DNA from: Haliotis cracherodii
Taxonomy: Eukaryota
Assembly: GCF_022045235.1 (NCBI RefSeq)
Contig: NW_027266265.1
Coordinates: 16,988,001-17,052,000 of the forward strand
Direction of reading: 5' to 3'
DNA length: 64,000 nt
Part shown: positions 25,341-37,752 of the stretch, piece by piece
Position numbering within the stretch: the first letter of the stretch is position 1
Layout: the number at the start of each line of letters is the position of its first letter
Program-made: the position numbers and the translations under genes
The notes under the pieces: model-generated
What the model was told of the DNA's origin: nothing
Databases searched by the model: none
What the model saw: only the letters and a program-made list of their open reading frames with translations

Positions 25341-27450
25341 TATTTAACTTTTTTTCATGCGGAACATCAAGCCATTTGTTTTTATGTATTTTCAAAACTT
25401 GCTTATTACAAAAGAAAGCAGTATTGGGATTGAGTCCACGAAGGTGATGTAACCGTAACCATGGCAGCACCTGGCAAATTTAACTTTGGTTAATTCAAAT
25501 GTACTAGGATCAAGCGAAGCTTAAATATAACCAGCGCTACGACACAAAATTGCCCTTTTTATATGTAAATCCTATATACCAATATTCTTTGTATAAGCTT
25601 GTCAAAATAAACATTATCTGTAGCTATTTTAGGTTCTTGATTGGACAATAACCTCCGAGCCACGACCATTCACGTATGAGATACACTATGAGTGTCGAGT
25701 TTTAATGAGCTATGCTAAACGCTGCTTTGAAAATATTCTGTTCTAAACCAGCAAAAGAAACTATACCTCTCAGTTGATTTTATCATATGTTTGATTTTCA
25801 ACTGAAAATATCTTAAGTTAGTGATCTTATATAAAAGATATGAACTTTACTGGCGCTACGTCAGCACTCAAAAAATATCTCTATATGGTTTTATTTTTTT
25901 TAAATAATCTGATTTAACACGTTTAAATTTTTTTTTAAAATACACAAGTGCTGATGGGTATCTTATAAATCTTATCTTTGAAAATAAATAAATTTGCATT
26001 TTATAGCACAAATGTACATCATTTCAAACATGGCAGAGGTCATGTGGTTGCACATTCATTTCTTACCCCAGTCTTTATTGAACCAATCTATTGTGACACA
26101 TATTTAACTGTTGCAGGGATGGGTGGTTAAACAGACATCATCTAACTCAGGAACAATTTTTTTTCAAATACATAAAAAACAAAATCGGTATACTTTCTTT
26201 TGCTCCTGCGTGCAGCGTAATGTGAGCGGAAAGACCAGTGTGACGTATGTTGCAGATTTAACAAACAAGCACGGATAGCTCAGATGAAGGAGCGTAATGG
26301 CGGATGGGCTAATATGGGATTCAAACGTAGAAACTACATCCTGTTCTATTACATGTGTAGGCAAAGAGCCCGTAAAATGACACACATAGACATCTGCTTG
26401 TGCAATAGCATACGTATAAACGACAACAGACTGAGCAATGACACAAAACACAACTGATTGTGCTACGACACATGTACTAGACTGTACAATGATACACGTC
26501 CACCGTAGTCAGTAGGCAGCCAGGGGAAAAGAGGCTATTTAAGATTTTCGTTTCCATTTTTTCCTGTATACCTAAACGTTTTTCTAATGCATGAGGGACG
26601 CATCTGCTTACGATTTCCAATGGGCAGTAAGCTTGCAAGTGTGTGCGTGAATTTTCAGGAGGTATAAATTGCATAAATTGACGGGAAAATGCATAATTTG
26701 ACAAAATTGCCTGTAACATTTTTATTAAGTCATGAAACTATCCAAATTATGTATTTTTATTATAGGTAATATTTTCGGTTATCTGAATTTTGCAAACATG
26801 ACGTGTGTACCTATTACTTCTTTCTCTGACTTATTACATTGTCATGTCTGTAGATGCGATACAAATTTAGATGCAAGCCACAAGAAAATATATATGTTTA
26901 AAGGGCGGAATGACAGGAGTGCTGCTGTTCTGTGTCAGGCAACAAACATTTACATTTTTTAATGCAACTTGTGTTAGTAGCGGTGCTACCTGTACCGGAA
27001 GGGCAGACATGCTTACCCTTTTCGCGAACACCTGGTGTCATCATTGATTTTCAGTGATCCATTCATATACTTTTCACCGATAGTTTGCTTTTACGCCCAA
27101 TGGATTCTGTCTCGTCGGAAAATCGAGACTGGATATATTATCTAGCGTTGACGTTTTATATTTTTAAAACCAAACCAACGATATATTTTAAGGGAATGCG
27201 CGGGTTACATATTAATAGGAGCGACAAAACCCTTTCCATATTCATGATAAATCTCTGCAAAAAGAAGAGTCCATTGTACGATTCCGACTTATTGGTTCAA
27301 ACACATTAACCATTTTATTGCTGTGACTTTTAATAGGGTGACCGCAACTAATTCCAAAGGAGAGACATTTACATTTAAAAAGTAATGATTGTTCATTAAA
27401 AACACACTTGTTGGACACAATTTGTGTAGCAAATGCGATTTAAGTGCTTT

Positions 27451-27972
27451 ACCTATTCCTATATTCAGCACATCAGATGAAGAATAAGTATTTTCGTAAA
27501 CATATTCAACATGAAACTGAACATTAATATTTCCTTCTTATATCGCAGTAACGCATCACCTATTCCTATATTCAGCACATCAGATGAAGGATAAGTATAT
27601 TCGTAAACATATTCAACATGAAACTGAACATTAATATTTCCTTCTTATATCGCAGTAACGCATCACCTTTTCCTATATACAGCACATCAGACGAAGGATA
27701 AGTACTTTCGTAAAAATATTCAGCATGAAACTGAACATTAATATTTCCTACTTATATCGCAGTAACGCATCACCTATTCCTATATTCAGCACATCAGATG
27801 AAGGATAAGTATTTTCGTAAACATATTCAACATGAAACTGGAGAATAATATTTCCTTCTTATATGGCAGTAACGCATCACCTATTCCTATATTCAGCACA
27901 TCAGGTGAAGGATAAGTATATTCGTAAACATTTTCAACATGAAACTGAACATTAATATTTGCTTCTTCAGTA
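27451..27972. repeat. 107-bp tandem repeat, ~4.8 units
   Basis: ACCTATTCCTATATTCAGCACATCAGATGAAG recurs every 107 bp. Confidence 0.92.
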
Positions 27973-28964
27973 ACACAGCTCGGTCGTACATAACTGACAA
28001 CCGTCCTGGTGCTGACAGCTGTGACCCGGATGACTTATATTAGAACAGGATGTAGACAAATGTAAGAATCAGGACAGGAGATATATGACAGGGACCAATC
28101 AAAAGGCTGTTACCGTTATGACAATTAATGTAGTTCCTTGCATAGTTAAAAAAATCGGTGGATCCACTAATGAATTATTATCTAGCTATGTATTCAACCT
28201 GTCAACCAAGTTTTGCTATTTTATAGTGTTGGCATTCCACAAACAGTTATACGGAAATATTATTTGATATTTGGATGGAATAGTTGCAGCAACTTGTAGT
28301 TTATACGTTGTTGCTATTTTGTCTCACTCAAGACATTGGACACATGTTTATGAGGTACATTAATATGTGAGCATATGTGCCAGTGAAATAAATGTGTTTT
28401 ACTTATGACGAGACTAACCACGAGCAAAGAGGAAGTGTTTGTCCCGAGTGAACTAATATTTTTTTGTCATACTCATTGTCATTTTAAGAGAGGACATGAA
28501 GAAGTGACTGAGTTTACATTTAACGTCGGCATTACGTCATCGCAACAAAGAGAACTTCACCGACGTCAGCCTGTTTTTGAGATTAAGTAACGGTACCAAT
28601 ATGCAACGCCATGGACATTTGGTGACGATATATCGCACTGACTTTATGACGCATCAACTGACCAGTCAGCATTGAAAATTGATAGAAAGCGAACATGCAA
28701 AATATTAGAAAGTAATTACACTTTGGTCTTTCTAGGCTAGCGGCAGTAACGTTTTCTGTAGAGAATGCATTAACAAATGTCAGCGGCATTCTCCAACAAC
28801 ACAGCAAGTGAGTTACAATTTAACGTCGCACTGGCATTGAATTGGTGATGTAACGGAACACAGTAAGAACAGTAGGAACTAGTATTCAGCAGAAGGAACG
28901 TGTAAGTTGTCGAAAGACTCCCAGGTCGCTGATGCTGGTACTCGAGAAACACTTTGGAAACTAA

Positions 28965-29200
28965 TGTTTGTTTGTCTGTTGTTTAACGCCGCACTCAGCA
29001 ATATTTCAACTGTATGGCGGCAGTCTTAAATAAGCAAGTCTGGACTCGACAATCCAGTGGTAAACATTGATCTATGCAAATGAGACATACTAACATATAT
29101 ACATCAACCAAGTCAGCAAGCCTGGCCACCCGATCCCATTAGTCGCGTCTTACGACAAGCAGATATTGTAGGCCAACTCTAACCGGGATCTTGACGGGTG
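28965..29200 (-). mobile_element. SINE family D copy, near full length
   Basis: Same tail, body and head as 15655-15925. Confidence 0.7.
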
Positions 29201-30717
29201 GGATATCTGTGTCATAAATCTGTTCAAGGTGAGAAAAGCAACCGCATGGTCATAGTAGCTTGAACTGCGAGGAAAATGTTGTCAACATTCGAATAATTGT
29301 CTTTACGACGCTTCTTTTGTCAGAGTCAATCAGTGATCCATTCATAATATTTTCATCGCTATTTTGCCGTTACGACCCAATGGAATGTGTTTCGTCGAGC
29401 ATAGACGTTTTATATGTATTTGGAAAGTTGAAAAATATGTCATACCTATGCCAGCCTTTCACTGATAAACGTTTCGAGGAACGGGGCCTTGAAGCCATGA
29501 GAATTTCTCATAGATATCTTCAGAAGAATGACGTGTGACAGAAGTTGTGTTAATTTGAAAACATAATTATAAACTGATAGTGTTTACCACACGCACACAG
29601 ACAGACAGACATACATACAGACAGACAGACAGACAGACAGACAGATACACATTTGAATCATTTGGCACTATATATACATATATGTTACTTTCCGGTTGAC
29701 CCCAGCAGGCACAAGACCCGAAATGTCTGGTCTTCATGAAAAAGACTTGTGTTGCATACAAAGTAAGATGACTGCTAATACCATAGTCCATATCTTCATA
29801 ATCATAATTCAGTCGGTAATACACGTAATGCATATATGATCAATTACTTTACACGGGATTGTAAGCACAAGTGAAAGAAACTCACGGTTTTACTTCCCCG
29901 TCGGTATATATTTAAAACATACTACGCTTATTGTATGCCGTATTTAGGGCCAATGTTAAAGCCTTAAGATATAGAACTCTCACAAATGTGTTAACTAAAT
30001 GTTTTCCGTTATGGAGATGTATTCAATAAATAAACGACGAGTGGGAGTTGTTTATCGTACAATAAAACACTGCAGAAGAACATATACCACGAGGGGCGCA
30101 GTGTTTATTCCTTTTATGAGATATCAACATTATGTACAAACTCTTTTAGGCTGTTGATAAAATGTACAAACTTAAAAAATATTAACCCCTTTTTAAATAA
30201 CGACGACTCCCTAAATAGAATCCTATCTCGGCAACGTCAGACATTCGACGTAAAGTTTCGAGCGCATGCTCGTATCTCCAGAAATGATGTCATAATAGAA
30301 CAATGTTTTCTCGTGAAATAAACCATGCTTCGTTCTTCGTTGTTCTTTGCGATTTATTGCGTAGCTATCTTATATATGTTGATATAAGTATTGGCTTCAC
30401 TGTGATTACTTCATGTGAAACGTACATTAGTTGTCGGAATGTCACTCGGTGTGTCAAGTTCTGTGTTGCAGCATGTATGTGCTTGACTGTGATTCATTTG
30501 TCGATGTATTATCTGCACGGGCGTTGCCAAGTAATATCTCACTTCCACCGAAACAGCATCCGGGTGGAGGAAGTTCCTTCTGAGTATCTGCATGGTTTAC
30601 ATGGCGGTGGGGTGAGATTGCATGACTCGAAGACGATATGTGGTTGAGTTCATGTATACTCTGAAAATATCAACTGAGAGACGTGACTGGGCATTGGACA
30701 AAAGGAATCAAATACTT

Positions 30718-30970
30718 GTGAGTGAGTGAGTTGGGTTTAACGCCGCTTTTAACAGTATTCCACTTATATCACGGCGTGTCAGCTTAATGTGGGAGGAAAG
30801 CCCGAAGTGATGCAGGTCTCAAACGTTTACCACTTCCGCGAAAACCACGAGCACGGGTATGGTGCTGACAAACCTAGAAACATAATCAGGGTGAACCGGG
30901 ATTCGAATCCACAATCATAGGTTTCTACCCATGGGACGCAACACTGCACAGCGAATTGCGTCTTAGACTA
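30718..30970 (-). mobile_element. SINE family B copy
   Basis: Reverse complement of most of 37220-37501. Confidence 0.8.
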
Positions 30971-31224
30971 ACACATAGTTTCCATATCAAATAGAAAAAT
31001 GGTACACACAAATATACATGACACACACAGATCACAACACACACTCTCACATACAAACACGCGCTATCTCACACACATACACTCACACTCCAACACACAC
31101 ACTAACACACGCTTTCTCACATTCACACATACACTCACAAGCACAAACATATTAACACACATAAACACTCACACACACCACATGCTCTTTCACACAGTCA
31201 CACACATATACTCTCAGACAAAAA

Positions 31225-31701
31225 TAAAAGCGACAAAATCCTTTCCATATTCATAAGCAATATCTACTAAAAGCAGTGTCGATTTACGATTCTGACTTCA
31301 TTATGAGCATGTGAATCACTATCTAGCTCTTAAATGCTGACACCTTGAAAAAATTCTGAGCAAGAGTCGTATGACGCTCTTTACAATCTTGATAGAAAGA
31401 GTCAGCTCGATTATGTCTCAAAAGTTGTGAAATGTACACACCCCAGGCTGCTGGAATGATACTCGACATGAATGAAACATTGACTATTGACAAGTTGATT
31501 TATCCCTCTTGTCATACAGTCTTGTGAAGAGTGTTCTGTCGCTCTTAATCTTTATGCGTAGATCTAAATATTAAACAGATGAAGCAGTCTCACTGGTCTC
31601 CTTTATTTCTAGTTCAGGTGGGTAAGAAGGGAATTGGCTATTTGATTTATATTGAACGATAGCAGATCATCCACATAGCTTAAGCTTAAGTTGAACTTCT
31701 T
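31225..31701 (-). mobile_element. Degenerate Penelope-like reverse transcriptase remnant
   Basis: Minus strand translates as FNLSLSYVDDLLSFN ... TRLYDKRD ... SIVNV.F.SSIIPAA..GVYISQLLR. Related short fragments lie near 27220 and 40280-40360. Confidence 0.55.
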
Positions 31702-31865
31702 NNNNNNNNNNNNNNNNNNNNNNNNNNNNNNNNNNNNNNNNNNNNNNNNNNNNNNNNNNNNNNNNNNNNNNNNNNNNNNNNNNNNNNNNNNNNNNNNNNN
31801 NNNNNNNNNNNNNNNNNNNNNNNNNNNNNNNNNNNNNNNNNNNNNNNNNNNNNNNNNNNNNNNNN
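31702..31865. other. Assembly gap (N run)
   Basis: Run of n characters. Confidence 0.99.
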
Positions 31866-31980
31866 CAGACTCACACAAACAATCACGCACACATATAAAC
31901 ACTCACACACACAATCATACGCACATATACACACTCACACACAAAAACACTTTCACACGCAATCACATACACAAACACAT

Positions 31981-32951
31981 ACACGTACACTCAACATTGT
32001 CAAGAGATACTGAAAAGAAATTAATACTTGTTCAGTGACGGGCGGTGTTTCTATGCCTTAGAAAACATCTACATAGTAGATGTTATTTAACAGTCCAACT
32101 GAAGCAAGAAGTGAATTGCTGCTGTGCAGTACTAACTGCCGTGTCATATCCGTATACATATAGGGAAACCTACTGACGGTGTTAACAGTTTTGAATCAAA
32201 TAACACAATTAATAGTATTTAACTTTATTAGATAAGGATTTTAACCACATATGGATAAAACGTTCATCTTCAAGTAAACATAGTATGATATTTGTTTTGA
32301 AAAATGCGCATTTTCTTATTTCCCTATATTTCTAACGTACAGCCACGTGCAAGTTATGCCCCCATGAAAAACACGAAGTCACACGGGGTAACAATGCAGC
32401 AACATCATAGATGAATGAATGTAATTATGTTTGCGTTAAGCAATACAGGATCGATTTTAAAATCGGGAATAATTAAATTTTGTATGATATAACGACGTGT
32501 GACTTTTAGTCCATTAGTCTCGGCTGAATTGTTTTATATTACAACTTCAAATATATCCTAAAATGACCCCTTATACACAACAGTACCCAGTGCCCAGCGC
32601 AAAGAATGTCATGCCTACAGAGATCCTTAAGTAAAGGTCATCTGTATTCTGCATCTCAAGTCACCATGCCCCAGTTCTTGGCGATGTGAGCTTTACATCA
32701 ACTTTGTTTCATTATTTATTATTTCCTTTCTTTACAAAGACATGTTGTCTTTTTTCGAACGCAGGATCTGCCCCGACAATGCTACAATCAATTCACTATG
32801 GACTGATGTTGGCATGCAATGCAATGCTTAACAATTTTATTTTTATACAGTTTAGAGTGCACGAGTGGCCCAGTCGTCAAAGGCGCTGCGATTCGTTGTG
32901 AAGAGTTGCGTCCCTTAGGCGTGCCAGAAACCTAAGATGATGGGTTCGAGT
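31981..32951 (+). repeat. Arm 1 of an inverted segmental duplication (partner 40625-41505)
   Basis: Reverse-complement match by eye; ORFs 32686-32901(+) and 40674-40889(-) are homologous. Confidence 0.9.
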
Positions 32952-33093
32952 CCCAAATTCTCCCTGATAATGTTTTTGGGTATATCAGCACCATGCCCGT
33001 GCTCGTTTGTTCGAGAGTGGTAAACGTGTATCACCTGCAACGCTATCCTCCCACATCAGCTAATTACTGAAATATTAAACCAAACTCACTCAC
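32855..33093 (+). mobile_element. SINE family B copy (diverged)
   Basis: GTGGCCCAGTCGTCAAAGGCGC...GGGTTCGAGTCCC...AAACTCACTCACT. Confidence 0.75.
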
Positions 33094-33706
33094 TGTAAAC
33101 AGTTTAATGCATGCAAATATTTATACATATATCTGGATGTTACATCAGTAACGTACAGTTTCCTTTTCTCAAATTTATTATAGAGGCACCTTCAAATATT
33201 TCCAAAGATATATTTATAAACACAAGCATACCCGTAATCCTCTCGCTTAACTCACATCACGCCTTTCTGTAAATATATATGAAATATCCACCCTGCTGTT
33301 CCATTTTGCAGGGGCCCGTGTTCCCCTTTTATTGTCCTGTATGTCAAAAACCAAAAACTTGCACCATTGCCGTGATTTATTATTTATTAATTAAGTGTAA
33401 AATGTCAAGTCACAACTGTTTGCAGCAGTGTTGACATTTGGGTACATACATCCGTTGTGATGGTAACATTGATGGTTACAGATAGGAGGCGTGACTGATC
33501 TGCCAGTTATACACATGACAAGCACATCAGGCTGCAGAATAACAATACTAACTGCCGTGAGTGTATTGATACACAACACAAGGAAGTACATAAGCAAGAC
33601 ATTCAAAGTAAATCTTGATAAAGGTATAGACTTGCTCTAATCGCTACAACCTTGTATCCCATTGTCCTTGTGTCCTACGTAAGTATAGACTTAAAGATAT
33701 TGACCA

Positions 33707-33827
33707 GTGCCTCGTTCCACAAATAGATCTAAGGGCGAAGGTGGTCGTAATTTCCATAATTGAACATAACCTTACGGTTGTCGCAGCGCTAAGATCGTGG
33801 ATCGCATCGCTTTGTGGAACGGGGCCC
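33707..33827. mobile_element. Small MITE (Harbinger-like TIRs)
   Basis: GTGCCTCGTTCCACAAA ... TTTGTGGAACGGGGCCC inverted ends (15/17 match). Confidence 0.5.
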
Positions 33828-34189
33828 TAGGTGCCACTGCCCAAGCAAGCATAGCACCAGGATGATCGCAAGGCGATGTTACGTTCATCTTAGCACTATG
33901 ATCCCTGTGTACAAGTGGACCATGTGGGAGAATGGGGTCTCATTATACAGTTTAAAGGTTGTGGAGCGGTCAGTATATTTATGTGATGTAACTGCCTTGA
34001 GCTGCTACAGACAAGCATGTTCTTATGGTGTCCGAGAGGGTACATCGTTTTATTCACTTTAATTTTGGTCGCGAGAAAACGATAAAGCGAAACGAGAAAG
34101 TGTCATATGCTCTAAAGACAATAAGCCTGAATCTGGCTTGCGCTCTTGTTTTCAATGCCAGGGGAATGGTGTGCTTTTGAATCACCCTC

Positions 34190-36158
34190 CCAGACAGTTT
34201 CTCCTAATTCACAACGTCAATGGATAGCAAAAGCTAGTCATCATTGTCCCGGATAGTGTATCCTAGTTCACTACGTCAATGGATTGTCAAGGCTAGTCAT
34301 CATTGTCCCGGACAGTGTATCCTAGTTCACTACGTCAATGGATAGTAATAGCTAGTCATCATTTTCCCGGATAGTGTATCCTAGTTCACTACGTCAATGG
34401 ATAGTCAAGGCTAGTCATCATTGTCCCGGATAGTGTATCCTAGTTCACTACGTCAATGGATAGTCAAGGCTAGTCATCATTGTCCCGTACAGTGTATCCT
34501 AGTTCACTACGTCAATGGATGGTAATAGCTAATCATCATTGTCCCAGGCAGTGTATCCTAGTTCACTACGTCAATGGATAGTAATAGCTAGTCATCATTT
34601 TCCCGGGCAGTGTATCCTAGTTCACTACGTCAATGGATAGTCAAGGCTAGTCATCATTGTCCCGGATAGTGTATCCTAGTTCACTACGTCAATGGATAGT
34701 CAAGGCTAGTCATCATTGTCCCGGACAGTGTATCCTAGTTCACTACGTCAAAGGATAGTAATAGCTAATCATCATTGTCCCGGACAGTGTACCCTAGTTT
34801 ACTACGTCAATGGATAGTCAAGGCTAGTCATCATTGTTCCGTTCAGTGTATCCTAGTTTACTACGTCAATGGATAGTCAAGGCTAGTCATCATTGTTCCG
34901 GATAGTGTATCCTAGTTTACTACGTCAATGGATAGTCAAGGCTAGTCATCATTGTCCCGAACAGTGTATCCTAGTTTGCTACGTCAATGGATAGTCAAGG
35001 CTAGTCATCATTGTCCCGGATAGTGTATCCTAGTTCACTACGTCAATGGATAGTAATAGCTAGTCATCATTGTCCCGGATAGTGTATCCTAGTTCACTAC
35101 GTCAATGGATAGTAATAGCTAGTCATCATTGTCCCGGATAGTGTATCCTAGTTCACTACGTCAATGGATAGTAATAGCTAGTCATCATTGTCCCGGATAG
35201 TGTATCCTAGTTCACTACGTCAATGGATAGTCAAGGCTAGTCATCATTGTCCCGGACAGTGTATCCTAGTTCACTGCGTCAATGGATAGTAATAGCTAGT
35301 CATCATTGTCCCGGACAGTGTATCCTAGTTCACTACGTCAATGGATAGTAATAGCTAGTCATCATTGTCCCGGATAGTGTATCCTAGTTCACTACGTCAA
35401 TGGATAGTAATAGCTAGTCATCATTGTCCCGGATAGTGTATCCTAGTTCACTACGTCAATGGATAGTAATAGCTAGTCATCATTGTCCCGGATAGTGTAT
35501 CCTAGTTCACTACGTCAATGGATAGTCAAGGCTAGTCATCATTGTCCCGGACAGTGTATCCTAGTTCACTACGTCAATGGATAGTAATAGCTAGTCATCA
35601 TTGTCCCGGACAGTGTATCCTAGTTCACTACGTCAATGGATTGTACTGGCTAGTCATCATTGTCCCGGATAGTGTATCCTAGTTCACTACGTCAATGGAT
35701 TGTAATAGCTTGTCATCATTGTCCCGTGCAGTGTTTCCTAGTTCACTACGTCAATGGATAGTCAAGGCTAGTCATCATTGTCCCGGACAGTGTATCCTAG
35801 TTCACTACGTCAATGGATAGTCAAGGCTAGTCATCATTGTCCCGGACAGTGTATCCTTGTTCACTACGTCAATGGATAGTAATAGCTAGTCATCATTGTC
35901 CCGGACAGTGTATCCTAGTTCACTACGTCAATGGATAGTAATAGCTAGTCATCATTTTCCCGGGCAGTGTATCCTAGTTCACTACGTCAATGGATTGTAA
36001 TAGCTTGTCATCATTGTCCCGGGCAGTGTATCCTAATTCACAACGTCAATGGATAGTAATAGCTAGTCATCATTGTCCCGGATAGTGTATCCTAGTTCAC
36101 AACGTCAATGGATAGTCAAGGCTAGTCATCATTGTCCCGGGCAGTGTATCCTAGTTCA
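34190..36158. repeat. 59-bp minisatellite, ~33 units
   Basis: Unit TAGTTCACTACGTCAATGGATAGT(CAAG/AATA)GCTAGTCATCATTGTCCCGGA(T/C)AGTGTATCC. Confidence 0.97.
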
Positions 36159-36364
36159 GCTCAACTCAACACTAACCTATGGCTGCCCCATCTGTTGGCA
36201 TAAGGATCTGTGTTTCTGACTTGATAACAAATCCGACTACCGAGGCGCGAAGCCCTCTGTAATTATGTTCCTGTTTGACATCAGATACTTACACATACTT
36301 ACCAATAGTAATCACTCTGACTTTGTGCAGAACGGACGTTGAAGTAGTGACGTTAAGGATTGAG

Positions 36365-37702
36365 GTATGTGTTGTCCATATTGTATCACAACTTATAGAC
36401 TAAGCAACTATGTACTGGAATGAATGACATTTCATTTAGCGTTATGTCATGTTTGGCATTTACAGAATGACCTACGAACTACGTAGAATAACGGATTATC
36501 TGTCCCGAGAGAATTATTTTTGGAAGTTACAAACATTGGCGTAAATCAAAATCATGTTCATAATAACCAAGTTCTGTTGGTTCTCATCGAAACATGTTTT
36601 ATAAAGATACATACATTGTCTTTTACATAGGAACTGATTTCGCAAATATCAAATATTAATTGCTGAACATGCATATCCTTTAACCATTAAAATATGCCAT
36701 TTCACTGGCTTGGAAAATATTCACTATACGGTCAACATATTACAAAAGGGAAAATACTTATATCCAACAGACCAATGTAATGAGCTGAATAAATCCGTAA
36801 AATCTCGACGTATGCTAAATGAATATATGTGTCAGATGCCATGAAAGAGTTCTGTAGGTAGTTCCCAAGACTCAGCTTCAATCTTCGGAAGATAATACAG
36901 TTATCAAAATATTATTGTACGAGGGTTGATTGTTAAGTTTTAAGAATTAAATAAAAGTGAAATCGTTTGTCGAGGACATTACATAATGTCATTAATCTGA
37001 GGTGTATCCACACGAGCTTGAGTCAACTGGGCATATAGTTTCTCCGTGACAAGTCAGTAAAATAAATAAGTGCTCACGGTTTTGTAGCCTTTGGAAAATG
37101 GACAAACTTGAGGAACGTGCAAAGGTTTTCACTATTGCGAAATTCATTCTATTTGACGCTTAGAACTACCAACCATCCCTTGTACGTACAATTTTCCTTT
37201 AGAACTTCATTGAGCTTCAGGGGACACGGGTGGCCTAGTCGTCTAAGGCGCCGCGATTCGCTGTGCAGAGTTGCGTCCCTTGGGCACGCCAGAAACCTAT
37301 GATTGTGGGTTCGAATCCCGGTTCTCCCTGATTATATTTCTAGGTTTGTCAGCACCATACCCGTTCTCGTGGGTTTCACCAAAGCGGTAAACGTCTGAGA
37401 CCTGCATCACTTCGGGCTTTCCTCCCACATTAAGCTGACACGCCGTGATATGACTGGAACAATGTTAAAAGCGGCGTTAAACCCAACACACTCACTCACT
37501 CATTGAGCCTCAGGGGCATTGAACTCTATTCCTTAGAAAATTCTAAAATAGAAGTTGTTTGATCAAGGTTACAACATTCAAGGCCTCATAAGGCTTTCAA
37601 AGCGTTTGAACACACACTACTCCAGCTATATGACGGCGGTCTGTAAATAGTTTTGTTTTTGTTTGTTATTAATATACTGTCATGTTTATTTAATATTTTT
37701 AG
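36365..37702 (+). other. Probable 5'-UTR intron of TLR-C
   Basis: GAG|GTATGT donor (same as TLR-A) and TTTTTAG|ATAT acceptor. Confidence 0.5.
37220..37501 (+). mobile_element. SINE family B, full length, tRNA-Leu-like head
   Basis: TGGCCTAGTCGTCTAAGGCGC...GTGGGTTCGAATCCC, (CACT)n tail, TSD TCATTGAGC(T/C)TCAGGGG. Confidence 0.85.
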
Positions 37703-37752
37703 ATATCCTTCCATAAAAGAGGCGTTTGCTGCTGTGAGGACAGGTGTCAGCG

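Noticed and set aside
34190-36158. CRISPR-like appearance of the regular arrays (also 50163-50925)
   Set aside because: Units are head-to-tail with no unique spacers, there are no cas genes, and the context is eukaryotic.
37220-37330. tRNA genes at SINE heads (also 13999, 21359, 47560)
   Set aside because: A and B boxes run into SINE bodies with tails and TSDs, and no complete cloverleaf is evident.
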